Shown: positions 13,348-25,800 of the stretch, in pieces
Layout of the letters: every line of letters starts with the position of its first letter
How positions within the stretch are numbered: the stretch's first letter is position 1
Source: Strigamia acuminata
Lineage: Eukaryota
Assembly: GCA_949358305.1 (NCBI GenBank)
Contig: OX442314.1
Coordinates: 20,460,001 to 20,524,000 of the forward strand
Direction: 5' to 3'
DNA: 64,000 nt
Notes under the pieces: generated by a model
The model's input: the letters and a program-made list of their open reading frames with translations, nothing else
Told to the model about the DNA's origin: nothing
Databases searched by the model: none
Position numbers and translations under genes: made by a program

Positions 13348-15117
13348 CTAAATGATGAAAGGTACGATTGAACTACGCTTCTTCGGGTAATTGCGGAACT
13401 CCTTTTTGTAGTTCCGATGTTTGCCGAGAGCCCACAGCGTCATTTGATAGAATCCTGCCAATGTGAATAATCCCGCTGGAAATAAAAATCATTTCTCGTC
13501 TTATTAAAATGAAACGAGCATTTACAAATTAGAGTATTGCCTGGTAAACATTGAGTCATGACGGTAAATGCCAACCACGAGCCTACTTCGTAAGTGTAGT
13601 TCGGACAAGAGACGAAATTGAAGAGAAACGTTAACGGGTTGCCAGTTGACTGAGGAATCTTCCTCACTTTGGTACCTAAAAATTCAAATTCGATTAATAT
13701 TATATTGTTATTTAATCAAAATTTTCTCACCAGGTGGTCTCAAGTTACGAAGCGCAATGTGAATGCTGAAATTGCCAAGTTCGCATATCTAAAATAATTT
13801 TTTTTTTAAATTCATTATTTTTTTAAATGGGGGTTTAGAATCGGAAATATTTTACCACAAAAGCAGCCAGAGCGGAGTAGATATGCCAGCAACAACCTAT
13901 CAAGAAGAAAAAAATTAATTATTTTACTTCCTTCATTTTGAGCAGACCTATTGTTACTTACCAGGTGCAGTGTATAATGGATGGTTGATATAATACGCAA
14001 CATACGCTGCAAATCCCCAGTAATATGCTGAATTCTGAAAAATATCAAATTATTTTCATTTTTGTTTAAGAGTTTCCAAAGTAAAAAAAAAATAATTACT
14101 TTGAAAATGTTTAATATCGGCATCGTAGTGTGGGAAAAACGATGAACAAATACTGTTTCCAGGAGTCTCTTTATGTAGTGAAATGACCAACAACCAGCTG
14201 CAATACTTTATAATAAAAAAAATTTTAAAAATTAAAAGTTAAAAATTTTTAAGTTTTTCTTACTGTACAACTGTATGGGTGTGTAATTTCGAAGCTTCAG
14301 CGCCGTAAATAAATGCCGGTCGAGTGTAAAACCAAAGATACACCAGCAACGGTCCAGCATACTCGGTCAAAAAAACCTAACAATTTTTACAAGTAATTAA
14401 AATAGTTAATTAAGATTATTTTTTAAAAAAAACTACGGTTGTCCATCCAATCTGTGGTCCAAGGTCTTTGAAATACAATTTACTTCCATTCGTTAATCTG
14501 AGGGAATCCAATTTCTCGTCATCATTTAACGTCTTTCCCTCTACAAAAAAAAACGAATTTAAAATAGAAAATTAACGACAACCAATGACAAGTAAACATA
14601 CTTTTTTCAGTTTTAAACGCTTGTCGCTCAGGATAATACTGTTTTCCTGGAAAATTCAAGTTCGTTAAACTGTTTTATACCGATTAAAAATTCTTTTCCT
14701 TACTAAATTGACTGAATTTCTTTTTCACGTCGTAAATTGTCGACGATGGCTGCAACTGTTAACCAATTTGAAAAAAAAAATACAAATTAAATAAAAATAG
14801 ATTTTAATGAATAAAATAGCTTTAAAAAATGTATACACTCACATCTTGTAGAATAGCCAATGATTTGCCCGTGTTGCTTGCCAAAATTTCAATCTATAAA
14901 ATTAAAATTTTATTTTACTTAAAAAAAAAAAATATTAAAAAAAAAAAATGTTAAAGTCTGATGGCCACATCGGAGTCCTTCGACCGGTCGCTTTCAAAAT
15001 TCAAATAACCCCAAAAATCCCCATTTGGTCTCCCTTGTTACGAAAATATTCTTCAAAACCATCATTACAATCCTTGTACGACAAAAAAATAGGTTAGAAT
15101 TGCGTCCCTACCTCCAT
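13348..15117 (-). CDS. TECR: Very-long-chain trans-2,3-enoyl-CoA reductase (multi-exon, 6-nt first coding exon ATG GAG)
   Basis: Exons give [54 protein letters not shown] and [31 protein letters not shown] 15117, TAG 13348. Confidence 0.95.
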
Positions 15118-15356
15118 AGTCGCCTTCGAAACAACTTGCACCAAGGTAACTCAGCTACTCGCGGCGCTCCGAACGATCGCTATCGCAATTCGATATCAAT
15201 ATCAATTCCAGAAGTCTTCACGATTGGCCCAACACTATATACTCTCCAACCTCGACGTGCACTTTAATTTTACTTTCAGGTTTGACCGCGAGGTGTCATC
15301 TCCACAAATGACGTAAAAAGTAAAAATGACGTAGCTTTCTCATTTTGTCCTCAAAA

Positions 15357-15371
15357 CTTCCGGAATGTTCC
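15357..15371. promoter_or_regulatory. Perfect three-unit heat shock element upstream of the DNAJB gene
   Basis: cTTCc-gGAAt-gTTCc matches alternating nGAAn units; TATA-like TATTTAAA at 15387-15394; two AAATGACGTA CRE/ATF-like sites at about 15306 and 15324. Confidence 0.8.
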
Positions 15372-15554
15372 AGCTTGGCCCGAGCGTATTTAAACGACGA
15401 AGTTAATTTTAACCTCGTATAGAGTCGGCCATCGTTTCAAATAGATCGAGGTAAGGATAAACATTTCTCTCAACTTTGGAAATGTAGATGACAAGTTAGA
15501 ATATGAACCGTTTCTCCACTTTTTAGGCTTAGAAAATCCCGCTGAGATTGTGCG

Positions 15555-17180
15555 ATGGGAAAAGATTACTACAAAATCCTGGGTGTTTCGAAGGGCGCAT
15601 CGGACGAGGAGGTCAAGAAATCGTACCGCAAAATGGCCCTCAAGTACCACCCAGACAAAAACAAATCACCGGGAGCCGAGGAGAAGTTCAAAGAAGTTGC
15701 CGAGGCGTACGAAGTTCTGAGCGACAAGAAAAAGCGAGACGTGTACGACCAGTTCGGCGAAGAAGGACTGAAAGGCGGAATTCCCGGCAGCGGACCGGAC
15801 GGCGGAACGTTCAGCTACACTTTCCACGGCGACCCGAGAGCGACTTTCGCGCAGTTTTTCGGCACGAACAATCCGTTCGAGTCGTTCTTCTCGATGGGCA
15901 CGCCGGGCTCGCACATGTTCTTTCACAGCGACATGGACGACATGGATATCGGAATGGAGGACGCGTTTTCCTCGCTGGGCGGCATCCGTGCGAGTCCGTT
16001 TCGGTCGCATAGTTTCGCGGCGCACGGCAGTCCGAAATCGAGGGAGAAGGTTCAGGATCCTGCGGTCGAGTACGATTTGCAAGTCGCGTTGGAGGATATT
16101 TTCCGCGGGTGCACGAAGAAGATGAAAATAAGTCGGAAAGTGATCGGACCGGATGGGCGTTCGAAGAGGGAGGAGAAAGTGTTGACGATTGTGGTGAAAC
16201 CCGGTTGGAAAGCGGGCACCAAGATCACGTTTCAACGTGAGGGAGACCAGAGTCCGAACAAAATACCGGCGGACATTGTTTTTATTATAAGGGATAAGCC
16301 CAATCCCGTATTTAAAAGAGAGGGCAGTGATATTCGGTATATGGCTAAGATTACGTTGAAAGAGGTAAGTGAAGAATGAATGTTTGAATTTGATTGAGAA
16401 AAGAAAAAAAATTGGTATTTGGGTGACCTGAAACGGAGTGGAGTTGTGTGAAAACGAAATGGTAAAAACGTTGAAAACATTAGATGTGTGCGCGGCTATG
16501 AATAACTGCCGCCTAATTCCATGTTTGGAAGCAGAAACAGGTCAAAACAATATCTCAGCTCGAAGCTAATGGCGTGGCTGTGATGTCATTTGTCAAGCAG
16601 CTCGTGATAAATACATAACCGAGCCACGTTTGCTGCTTATTTCTATACACGATTTGGGGGAAATTAATACGTTTTGGTCGGAAAATGAATGAAATTTATT
16701 TATTTATATATTTTGTAAAGGAAAAAAAAATTGTTTTGGCACGTTATTGCTATTTTTTTTTAAAAAGATTTTAACTCATGCATATTTGACTTTTGAATGT
16801 CCATATAAGCGAAACTTGTTTGGCAAGATGCCCTTTTTGTGTTGGGTTCACACGCGGGTTTAAAAAATTCATTATTCGGCCATTTTATGGTTGTGTTTAT
16901 TGATTTCTAGTTGAATAATGTTGTTTTGTTTTTTTGTTTTGATTAGGCGTTATGTGGGGCTCGTGTGACGGTTCCGACATTGACTGGTGAGAGGTTACCT
17001 TTGGAATTACGTGAAATCATCAGGCCAACAACAGTGAAAAGGATTCAAGGACAAGGACTTCCGTTACCGAAAGAACCCAATCGTCGCGGTGACTTGATCG
17101 TTGCTTTTGATATTCAATTTCCAGAACATTTAAACCAAAGTACCAAAGACATTCTTTATGGCTGTCTGCCATCATCGTGA
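15555..17180 (+). CDS. DnaJ/Hsp40 class B co-chaperone (DNAJB1/4/5 family), 2 exons (15555-16365, 16948-17180)
   Basis: J-domain [10 protein letters not shown]...YHPDKNK, G/F-rich linker, C-terminal domain [12 protein letters not shown] and [27 protein letters not shown]. Confidence 0.96.
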
Positions 17181-19015
17181 ATCAATGTTGTATAATTTTT
17201 TTTTCTTTTTTAATATGAAATTGTTTATCTTTTCTTTTTTTTTTTCCTTTTTTTAATAAATAATTTTTGTTTTGTTTATATTTTTTATCTCGTTTCGGAA
17301 TGAGGTGGAAAAGGAATTTTTGCTGGATTCTTGTTGGTGGAATTGAAAAATGGTAATATAATATATTGCTGCTATTGGTAATTTGTATAGAAAAAGTGGA
17401 ATGCTAAATCCAACTTTTAACGCGTGTTAAAAGATGTTATAACGCAAAAGACCATGTATATATACTTTTAAAGTGTAATAAATTTTTATAATCAATATTG
17501 TGTGCATAGGTGATTTTAGAGACATAAAACATAAAAAATAGTATCAAGAATTTACGAGGAGTGGGAAACCGCAAGGAGCCACAGGAAAGACGACATAAAT
17601 AATTTATTTGACATGTGAAAAAACACAAAAAATACAAAAAATAAAAGGAAAATATTCTGCATTCCATAGTAAACCGTCACTAGTAACATCACATAATTAA
17701 AGTCACGGAGTCACCCAATTCGAATGACTAACAAGTAAGAGTAACCGAATAGATGACATGACAACACGATGACACCATGGTTTGGGCAACTACTCTGGTG
17801 GTTGCGGTTGATGAAACCATTTTCTAAATTGTGACATTTTTTTCTATTTTTACTGAAATAACTCCAACCTTTCTAAACTCATTTATACTGGCAACTTTAA
17901 CATGCCATTTTTATTTGAAACGATATTTACGATATTTCCTAAAATTAATTAATGGCAACATTAATATTGTATTTTGAATAACTGCACAATTTGTGATCTG
18001 GATTAGTCGTTGAAAACAAAAAAACGGAATAAAAACAAGATTTAAAATCAATCACGTATTTTAATCGCATTATGATTTTAAAACTGATCACTAGGTTTCG
18101 ATTTTAAAAAAAAATAATTGTGTATTGTATTTGTGTAGACGAATTATACGGAAGTACAGTAATTTGAAAAAAGATGGAACCTAAAAATTTAAAAAATTAA
18201 TTCTGCTCACTATTTAAATAAATTAAGAAATCATTTATTGTTAAAGAGAATTTTTCAGCTAAAACTTGACCAACAACAAAAAATATTAATTTCATGCACT
18301 AATTTGTATAGTTTGTAGTTGTACAACTGAAAAATTACATTTAAGATTTTAAAAATGCAACTTCTATTCTCAAAAAATAAAATTTTAATGAGATAAATAG
18401 TCCAAATTCAGAAGAGCCAACCTAATTTTTCGAAAATTTTGAAAATATCCACGTGGCTCAGAAAGACCATCCGCCCAGAAGGGCCACTCAAGTTGATGGG
18501 CCTTCCTGAGTCCTAACCCACGTGGGTGTTTATTTTTTTCATTAAATATGGGTGGCCCCTCCAGGACTGATGAGTGATGACCCTTCTCTTCTAGACAACG
18601 TCTACACAAAACTGGAGTTCTTAGAGGGCAATCAGATTTGTATGAAAATATCTAGAAATCAAAAGGAAATTTGTAAAATCCACTACAAAATCTCACAGTA
18701 AATCCATTTAGAAAATAGGCAAGGCAAGGCAAGGCACCAAGGAGGCCTTCAAAAAGTAAAAAATAAATAATTTTTTATTCAATTCTGTTATGGGGCAAGA
18801 TTTTTTTTGGCCCCAAAACTGTCTGCAGACAGACGGTTTTATTTTTTTTAATTTTTAAAATTTATTTTTAAATAACACGATTTTTCATTCTAAATGGCAT
18901 TCACTAAATATAAAACAAATTAATATATCAAAATAACCCCACAGCAGCGTGAGGTTAATCACGGTATAATTGACCATAGTGCGGGATTAAGATTTCAGCA
19001 ACAACAACAACAATA

Positions 19016-22000
19016 ATGGCGGCGAGTAGAGAAGTAGTTCTGGCCGATTTTCAGGTTAGTTTTTCTTCTAAATAATGGGCTAATAATGATTCTAGCTGGA
19101 TTAGATTCAATTAACTTTGCTGATCTTAAATATTATACACGGTTTAATTCGGAAACACGAGTAAACACAGAATTAATACTTAAAAATCGATGACTCACCA
19201 AATTTTTGGTTGAACCATTATATATTGAGTGGCATTGGATTTTTTTTCCTACAGGCCTGTACCGGCATCGATGATGTTGGAGAATGTATTTTGCATTTGG
19301 AAGAAACAAACTGGAACTTATTGGTAAGATGGACCACCCGATGCGATATGACTTTGTTTTTTAAACCGATTCGTTGATCAGTTAGCTTCGTAAGATGAAT
19401 ATTTCAGAGAGAGTAATTTGAATACATATTTCTAGGATGCTATCAATCGCGTTATGCCTCAAGAAACACAAACGCTTCCGTCGGAAAATAGAGCACCGTC
19501 TGTCGAAGCAATGGAAGTTCAAACAGATGGTGGCAACGAACCAATTCTGTTGCCATTTTTGCATTCTGTTTCAAGTAGCAACGATACCGTGATGACTCCA
19601 TCAACATCTCAACAGAGAATTCGGTTTATTAATTTTTGTATTGAGTATCTGGATCGAACACTTCATATATCTGTTCCAGATATAGAACCTGTTTGTAAGT
19701 ACAAAAATAAATATTTTTTTTTCCTTAAAATTCATTTATTTTTCTCTTTTTTTTGTTAAAGCTTCTGTAAAAACGCTAATATTCACCGAGTTTGGAATTC
19801 CTCAGTGTAAACAACTGTTGCAGGGATGGAAAGATAAAACAGTCTCAGATAATGTATTAAAACAAGTTTGAATTGTATTGTAAATTATATTCTATTGAAA
19901 GATTTATTTATTTGTTAACAGACAATATTGTCATCACTACATCTTCCAACAGATAATGTTTTGAAATTGCTTTCACCTGATTTACCAATTAACTCGGAAT
20001 CGAATAGAAACGGAGACGAGTAATACACGTTGCGTCAATGTTATTGAACATTAAAAATTAAATTTTATTCTTTAGTGCTAACGTCACGGAGAGGCTTAAT
20101 CAGCAGTTTAAATTGAATATACGTGACGAATTCAACCATAAAGAATATTCAGTCAGTTTTGAAGGGAGTAAAACCATTCGTGAGTTCAAACAAGATGTGT
20201 TTGCTTTAACCGATATACCTGTAAGGCATCAGATGTGGTCCGGGTGGCCACGAAATCCTACCGACACTGTCAGTATACATTATATTAATCAAAATTATTA
20301 TATTAATTAAATTATGATTTTTTTTTAGATGACATTAGCAGAATCATCAATCAGTTACCCGTGTCACACTTTGACTGTTAATAAATTAAGTACATTGAAT
20401 GATAAAAACATAAAAAAGGTTTTATAAACAAAAAGAAAACTTTTACGGGATTATTTTAATTTGTTGTTGCAATGCTATTTCAGATGGTTGTGGAATTGTC
20501 TTCGGACAGCAGCAGCACAGATGAATTTGAAGATGCCAATGAATCGTTTAACATCGAAGATGATATTTTTGTGCACGATACCGCGAGGAAAATTCGTCCT
20601 TTAAGTACGTGATCGTATAATGTGGAATAAATAATTGACGATCTTTAATGATTGGTTTATAGTGGCCGACGACGTGAATAACGAGGTGGAAGCGCTAGTT
20701 TCGTTTGCTACAGAATTTGCACAAAGGTTCAGTATTTTTATTTTTATTTTTATTTTTAAAAGAAGTGGTCTTAATTTTTGTTTTTTTACTCAGATACGGA
20801 GACTGTCATCCAATGTTTTATCAATCAACTTTAGAGGAAGCGTTAAGGGAAGCTTGCCACAAACCGGCAAAGGAACGAAAAATGTTGGCTGTTTATTTGC
20901 ATCATGATGGCAGCGTCTTGACAAATGTGTTTTGCACCCAATTACTATGCTCGGAAACAGTCGTGTCCTATTTAACGAGTAATTTTATCACGTGGGCTTG
21001 GGATTTGACGTTGGAAACCAATCGAGCCAAGTATTATTTCATTTTATTTAGTATTAATGTTAAATTTTGATTTAATTTCTTCTTAATTTTTTTATTGGAA
21101 GGTTGCTTACAATGGTTTCGAGGCAATTTGGCGCTGTAGCTGCTCAAACTATTAGAAATTTCCAAGTGGAGCAATTACCGCTTTTGCTCGTAGTAATGCG
21201 ATCGCGTTCGAGCACACAAGTTTTTTCCATCATTAATAGTGAATACGAAATATTTCCTAAAGCGATATTTATATATTTTATAAATTAAACTTGTATTTTT
21301 AGGTGTAGTCAGCTTAGACGAGCTTATGACTAGTTTAATCCACGCAGTAGACGTATTCACAAGTCAACAACAAGTCGAAATTAGAGAAGAGGTTCTATTA
21401 AAATCCATTAAAAATATTCGGAAATTAAATTGGACGAAATATTTAATATTTAATAACAGGATGAACGGCAAGCTAGGGAAAGTGTGAAAAGGGAACAAGA
21501 TTTAGCTTATGAAGAATCATTGCAAGCAGACAGAATTAAAGAAGGAGCGAAACGGCAGGAAGAAGAAGAACGACTTAAAAGGGAAATGGAGATAGAACAG
21601 GCCCGACTAAAGGAACAAATGAAGCTCCAGCAAGAAGCAGCTGTTAAAGAAGTGATTCTGATTTGAAATAATTGCTTGGAAAATGATTTTTAAATGTGAT
21701 TATTTGATTGCAGGCGATTCGTCTGTCTCTGGAAGACAAAATGCCCCCAGAACCGAGTGAATCTGAGCGCACAACCGAGATCAGATTTCGATTACCAGCT
21801 GGCAAAGTTGTATCTCGACGGTTTCTAGCTACGGAATCTCTACAGATCCTTTTAGATTTTATAGTTGTTCAAGGATATCCCGTGGAGGAATACAAAGTTT
21901 TAACTAGTTGGCCTAGAAGAGATGTAAATTCTTGTCATTTAATTTAATTTTGTTGCAATTTTTAATAGAATCATATTTTTGTTCGTTTCAGTTGACTCAA

Positions 22001-22072
22001 TTGGATCCTAGAGCAACGTTACAAGCCCTTAAATTATGTCCTCAAGAAACGATCACTATAGAAGAAAGATGA
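19016..22072 (+). CDS. FAF1: FAS-associated factor 1 (caspar orthologue): UBA, UBL, UAS, coiled coil, UBX
   Basis: MAASREVVLADFQ|ACTGIDD; MLAVYLHHDGSVLTNVFCTQLLCSE; UBX EIRFRLPAGKVVSRRFL...YKVLTSWPRRD; TGA 22070-22072. Confidence 0.95.
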
Positions 22073-22359
22073 AGACGATTTATATTATCTTGATCCAAGT
22101 TTTACTTTTTTCCTTTTTTTTTGTAATTTTATTTCTATTTCTTATGCAACAAATTTAACCTTTTTTGTATATATAAGTAGAAGTGAAAATTGTGGGGTGA
22201 GAAATAATAAAAATGATAATTGACGGAATGCACGTGTGCGGTTTTTTGTTTTGTGTACGTATTGTTATCTTGACTGAGACTATTTAACAATTTAACACGA
22301 GAGAGCGCTGTGTAGTGGGCATGCGCTCTTGGGATAGTGAAGGATTATTTAAAAAAAAC

Positions 22360-22849
22360 ATGGCGGAATACGAAGTTGTTAGTAAAGGTTCCCTGAAGTT
22401 AAAAGGAGTTGAAAACGGCGGAATTAAAAAGTAATAAACTATCAATGCAATTCTTTACAGTGAAATGATTCACATTTTAATTTTTTTTCAGGAAAAAGAG
22501 GAAGAAAGCAAAGGAAAGCCAAGAAAAAATGGACCGAGTTACGAACAACACCGCGCAAGAATTTACTGTCAATTTGGACGAAGCTGCAACGTCTGGCCCA
22601 CCGCAACAAATTTACCGAACAAAAGCGCAACAGGCCTTTGATAAAATGCAGCATAAAAGGGTAAAACAATCTCGGTTTAAATTGTTGGAACGAAATAATT
22701 AAATGTTATTTAACCTCTTCCCGTAGCAAATGGAAAGAATCATTCAAAAGGCTTCAAAGACCCACAAACAACGCGTGGAAGAATTTAATAATCATTTGGA
22801 TCAGCTAACCGAACATTATGATATTCCGAAAGTCAGCTGGACGAAATAA
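22360..22849 (+). CDS. FAM32A: FAM32A family small nuclear protein, 3 exons
   Basis: MAEYEVVSKGSLKLKGV; C-terminus KASKTHKQRVEEFNNHLDQLTEHYDIPKVSWTK*. Confidence 0.95.
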
Positions 22850-22897
22850 AATTTTGAAGCAAGATTTGAGAACGTTAGAGAGTCGAGTCGTCCTCAT

Positions 22898-25800
22898 CTA
22901 AACTGTAAGTGCTTGTAACCGACGATTGCAAAAGTCCCTGTACATAACAATAAATGTCCTGTCGCAAAATATGGTATCAATTAATGTGTAACAAACTATT
23001 TTACCATTAAACTTTACCAACTCTTTGAAAAAGAATGTTTCCTTGATCTTTTTTCTTAGTTTATTACTTTCCAGCAGCTTCGAGTACGGAACAGGTTCGC
23101 AGTCAAAACTGCCAAGTTCTAAAAAAATGTTTTCTAACTCTTCCAAAAGGCTCTCGGCATTGGTTATGTCCATGCGGTTTGACTCCCTGTAGATGGGTTG
23201 TGCATACTGAAAAGCCTATTGATAAATGAAAATAAACATTCAATCAATTTGAATTTTCAGTCCTCCTTATCCTCACATGAAACACCACGGAGAAGGGCAC
23301 GGGACAATCGTTGGAGGATAAAACCTCCCCACTTTGCGAATGACACACAGTATCGTCCAGTATAGTCGGTCTGTGTTGTAATAAGTTGTCTAAGGTTAGA
23401 AATTTGTCCGTCCTACACGCGTAAACATTCATGGCGAAGGAGTGTTTTGAACGTGAAGTATCGTTTGCATCCGGTGTTATTGGGTAACCACACGCAAGAC
23501 CCAGTGCGTTTGTAAAACCTATAATTGGATCTTCGTCCGCCGTAAAATGGTTCAACTTGAAATAAAAATCATTCGTTTTAATTGAAAAAATGTAAATATT
23601 AAATTATCAACCATGTCAAAATAGTCGATGTAAGGGTTTGTTTTGGATAAGTTAAATATTTCAAAAATAATTTTCTTAAGGTTGGCGAATCTTGAATGAG
23701 TGTGCTCAGCAACGGTATAGGTGGTCGTGCTGCGGTCTAATTTCAACCACAAGTCCATCTGGAAAATTAAAGTTTTCGTAAAAAAAGAGTTAAAAATACA
23801 ATTATCTAAATTACTTGTTTATCATACTGTAATTTATTAATGGTTCCACGATGATCGACATCGATTGAACGGAATCGATCTAACGTTTCGATCAGTTTCA
23901 GTTCAGTTGGTTGGACCCATGGTTTAGTTAAATACAACAAAAATAACCTCCAATTTACAAATTCTTGACCCCCAGAGATGTAATCCATTAATCTAGTTAT
24001 CTAAATTTAAAAAATTAAAACTTTGATTATTGTCGTAATTGAGAACGAACCAGAGGTGGTTTCAAAGAAAGCCAATCATCAGGAATTATTTCCAAATTGT
24101 TATCTTTTGCTATAATATCATTGAAAATGTTTCCCAGCTGATACGTCGAGATGAAACCAGTCGGCGCAATATCCAAGAACTGCTTACAAAGTTCTAATAA
24201 CTGCGTAACTGTAAAACCGTCCTCGCCATATTCTTCGGCGTTGATTTTAGACTCAACCGGTGTTTGTTGAAACAAAATAATATCCTGTAAACATTAGCCA
24301 AACGTAATAAAGAAACGTAAAAATAAAAATAGGTAGACATTAGTAGACAGCATTCTAAGGGATGGACTAATCGGCAGCTGTCAATCGTCAGCTGTCAGCT
24401 GTCAGCTGGCAGCTGGCAGCTGACGAATCGGATTATGTCGCTAATCCGCAAAAAACGCCGAAACTAATCGGCAGCTGGCAGCTGTCAATCGTCAGCTGCC
24501 GCCGATTTTTGGCTCCGGTTTTCGACCGTCAGCTGCGCCGGTTTTTGGCCGACAGCTGCCGGTAGCTGCGTCGGTTTTAGACCGGCAGCTGCGCTGGTTT
24601 TGACCGGCAGCTGGGCCGGTTTTGGGCCGGCAGCTGCGCCGGTTTTCGATCGTCAGTTGCCGGCGATTTTCGATCGTCAGCTGCCGCCGATTTTTGACGT
24701 ACAGCTGACGATTTTTGAATTTGATGGCAGCATTTTCGATCGTGTATTTGACCGGCAGCTGCGCCGGTTTTAGATCGGCAGCTGCGTCAATTTTCGACTG
24801 GCAGTTGCGACGATTTTTGACCGTCAGCTGCTGGTTTTCGACGTCAGCGCTATGAAATACACATGAAATACACGTGAAATACTACAAAATATGAAATGAA
24901 ATACTACAAATAAATATGAATATGAATATATATGAATATAAATGAATATAAATGAATACAAATGAATACAAATATAAATTAATAAATATAAATGAAATAA
25001 ATACTACAAATGAAATGAAATACTACAAATGAAATGAAATACTGTCGGGCCAAAATCGCCGGCCAAAAATCGTCAGCTGTACGTCAAAAATCGCCGGCAG
25101 CTGACGATCGAAAACCGGCGCAGCTGCCGGCCCAAAACCGGCCCAGCTGCCGGCCCAAAACCGACCCAGCTGCCGGTCAAAACCAGCGCAGCTGCCGACC
25201 AAAAATCGCCAGCTGTCCGCCAAAAATCAATCGCCGGCAGCTGCCGGCCCAAAACCGGCCCAGCTGCCGGTCAAAACCAGCGCAGCTGCCGACCAAAATT
25301 CGTCAGCTGTACGTCAAAAATCGGCGGCAGCTGACGATCGAAAATCGCCGGCAACTGACGATCAAAAACCGGCGCAGCTGCCGGCCCAAAACCGGCCCAG
25401 CTGCCGGTCAAAACCAGCGCAGCTGCCGGTCTAAAACCGACGCAGCTACCGGCAGCTGTCGGCCAAAAACCGGCGCAGCTGACGGTCGAAAATCGGAGCC
25501 AAAAATCGGCGGCAGCTGACGATTGACAGCTGCCAGCTGCCGATTAGTTTCGGCGTTTTTTACGGATTAGCGACATAATCCGATTCGTCAGCTGCCAGCT
25601 GCCAGCTGCCAGCTGACAGCTGACGATTGACAGCTGCCGATTAGTCCATCCCGCATTCTAACTGAATTGACGAAAAATGTATCATCACTGAGCACTAATT
25701 CCTCCTGGAGAGGAATTTCCTGCTCGATGGCATAACCCATTGCTCGGCACAAATCTTCAATCGCATCGAGTTCCTTTTGGTACTGAATCGCGAGTACGTG

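Noticed and set aside
15548..16480. Overlapping 154-aa, 189-aa and 82-aa ORFs across the DNAJB gene
   Set aside because: Expected by-products of a GC-rich coding exon; no recognisable domains
18565..18650. Hammerhead ribozyme or C/D snoRNA suggested by CTGATGAG and TGATGA
   Set aside because: No stem II followed by GAAA at a suitable distance and no nearby downstream CTGA D box with a terminal stem
25023..25519. ORFs of 161 aa (+) and 66 aa (-) in the Foldback arm
   Set aside because: Translations of the GC-rich subrepeats; no transposase motifs
25588..25662. SPEF2 exon apparently truncated by the transposon (ORF reads into the element)
   Set aside because: A GT donor at 25662 precedes the element and joins in frame to the exon starting at 24284, so the insertion is intronic
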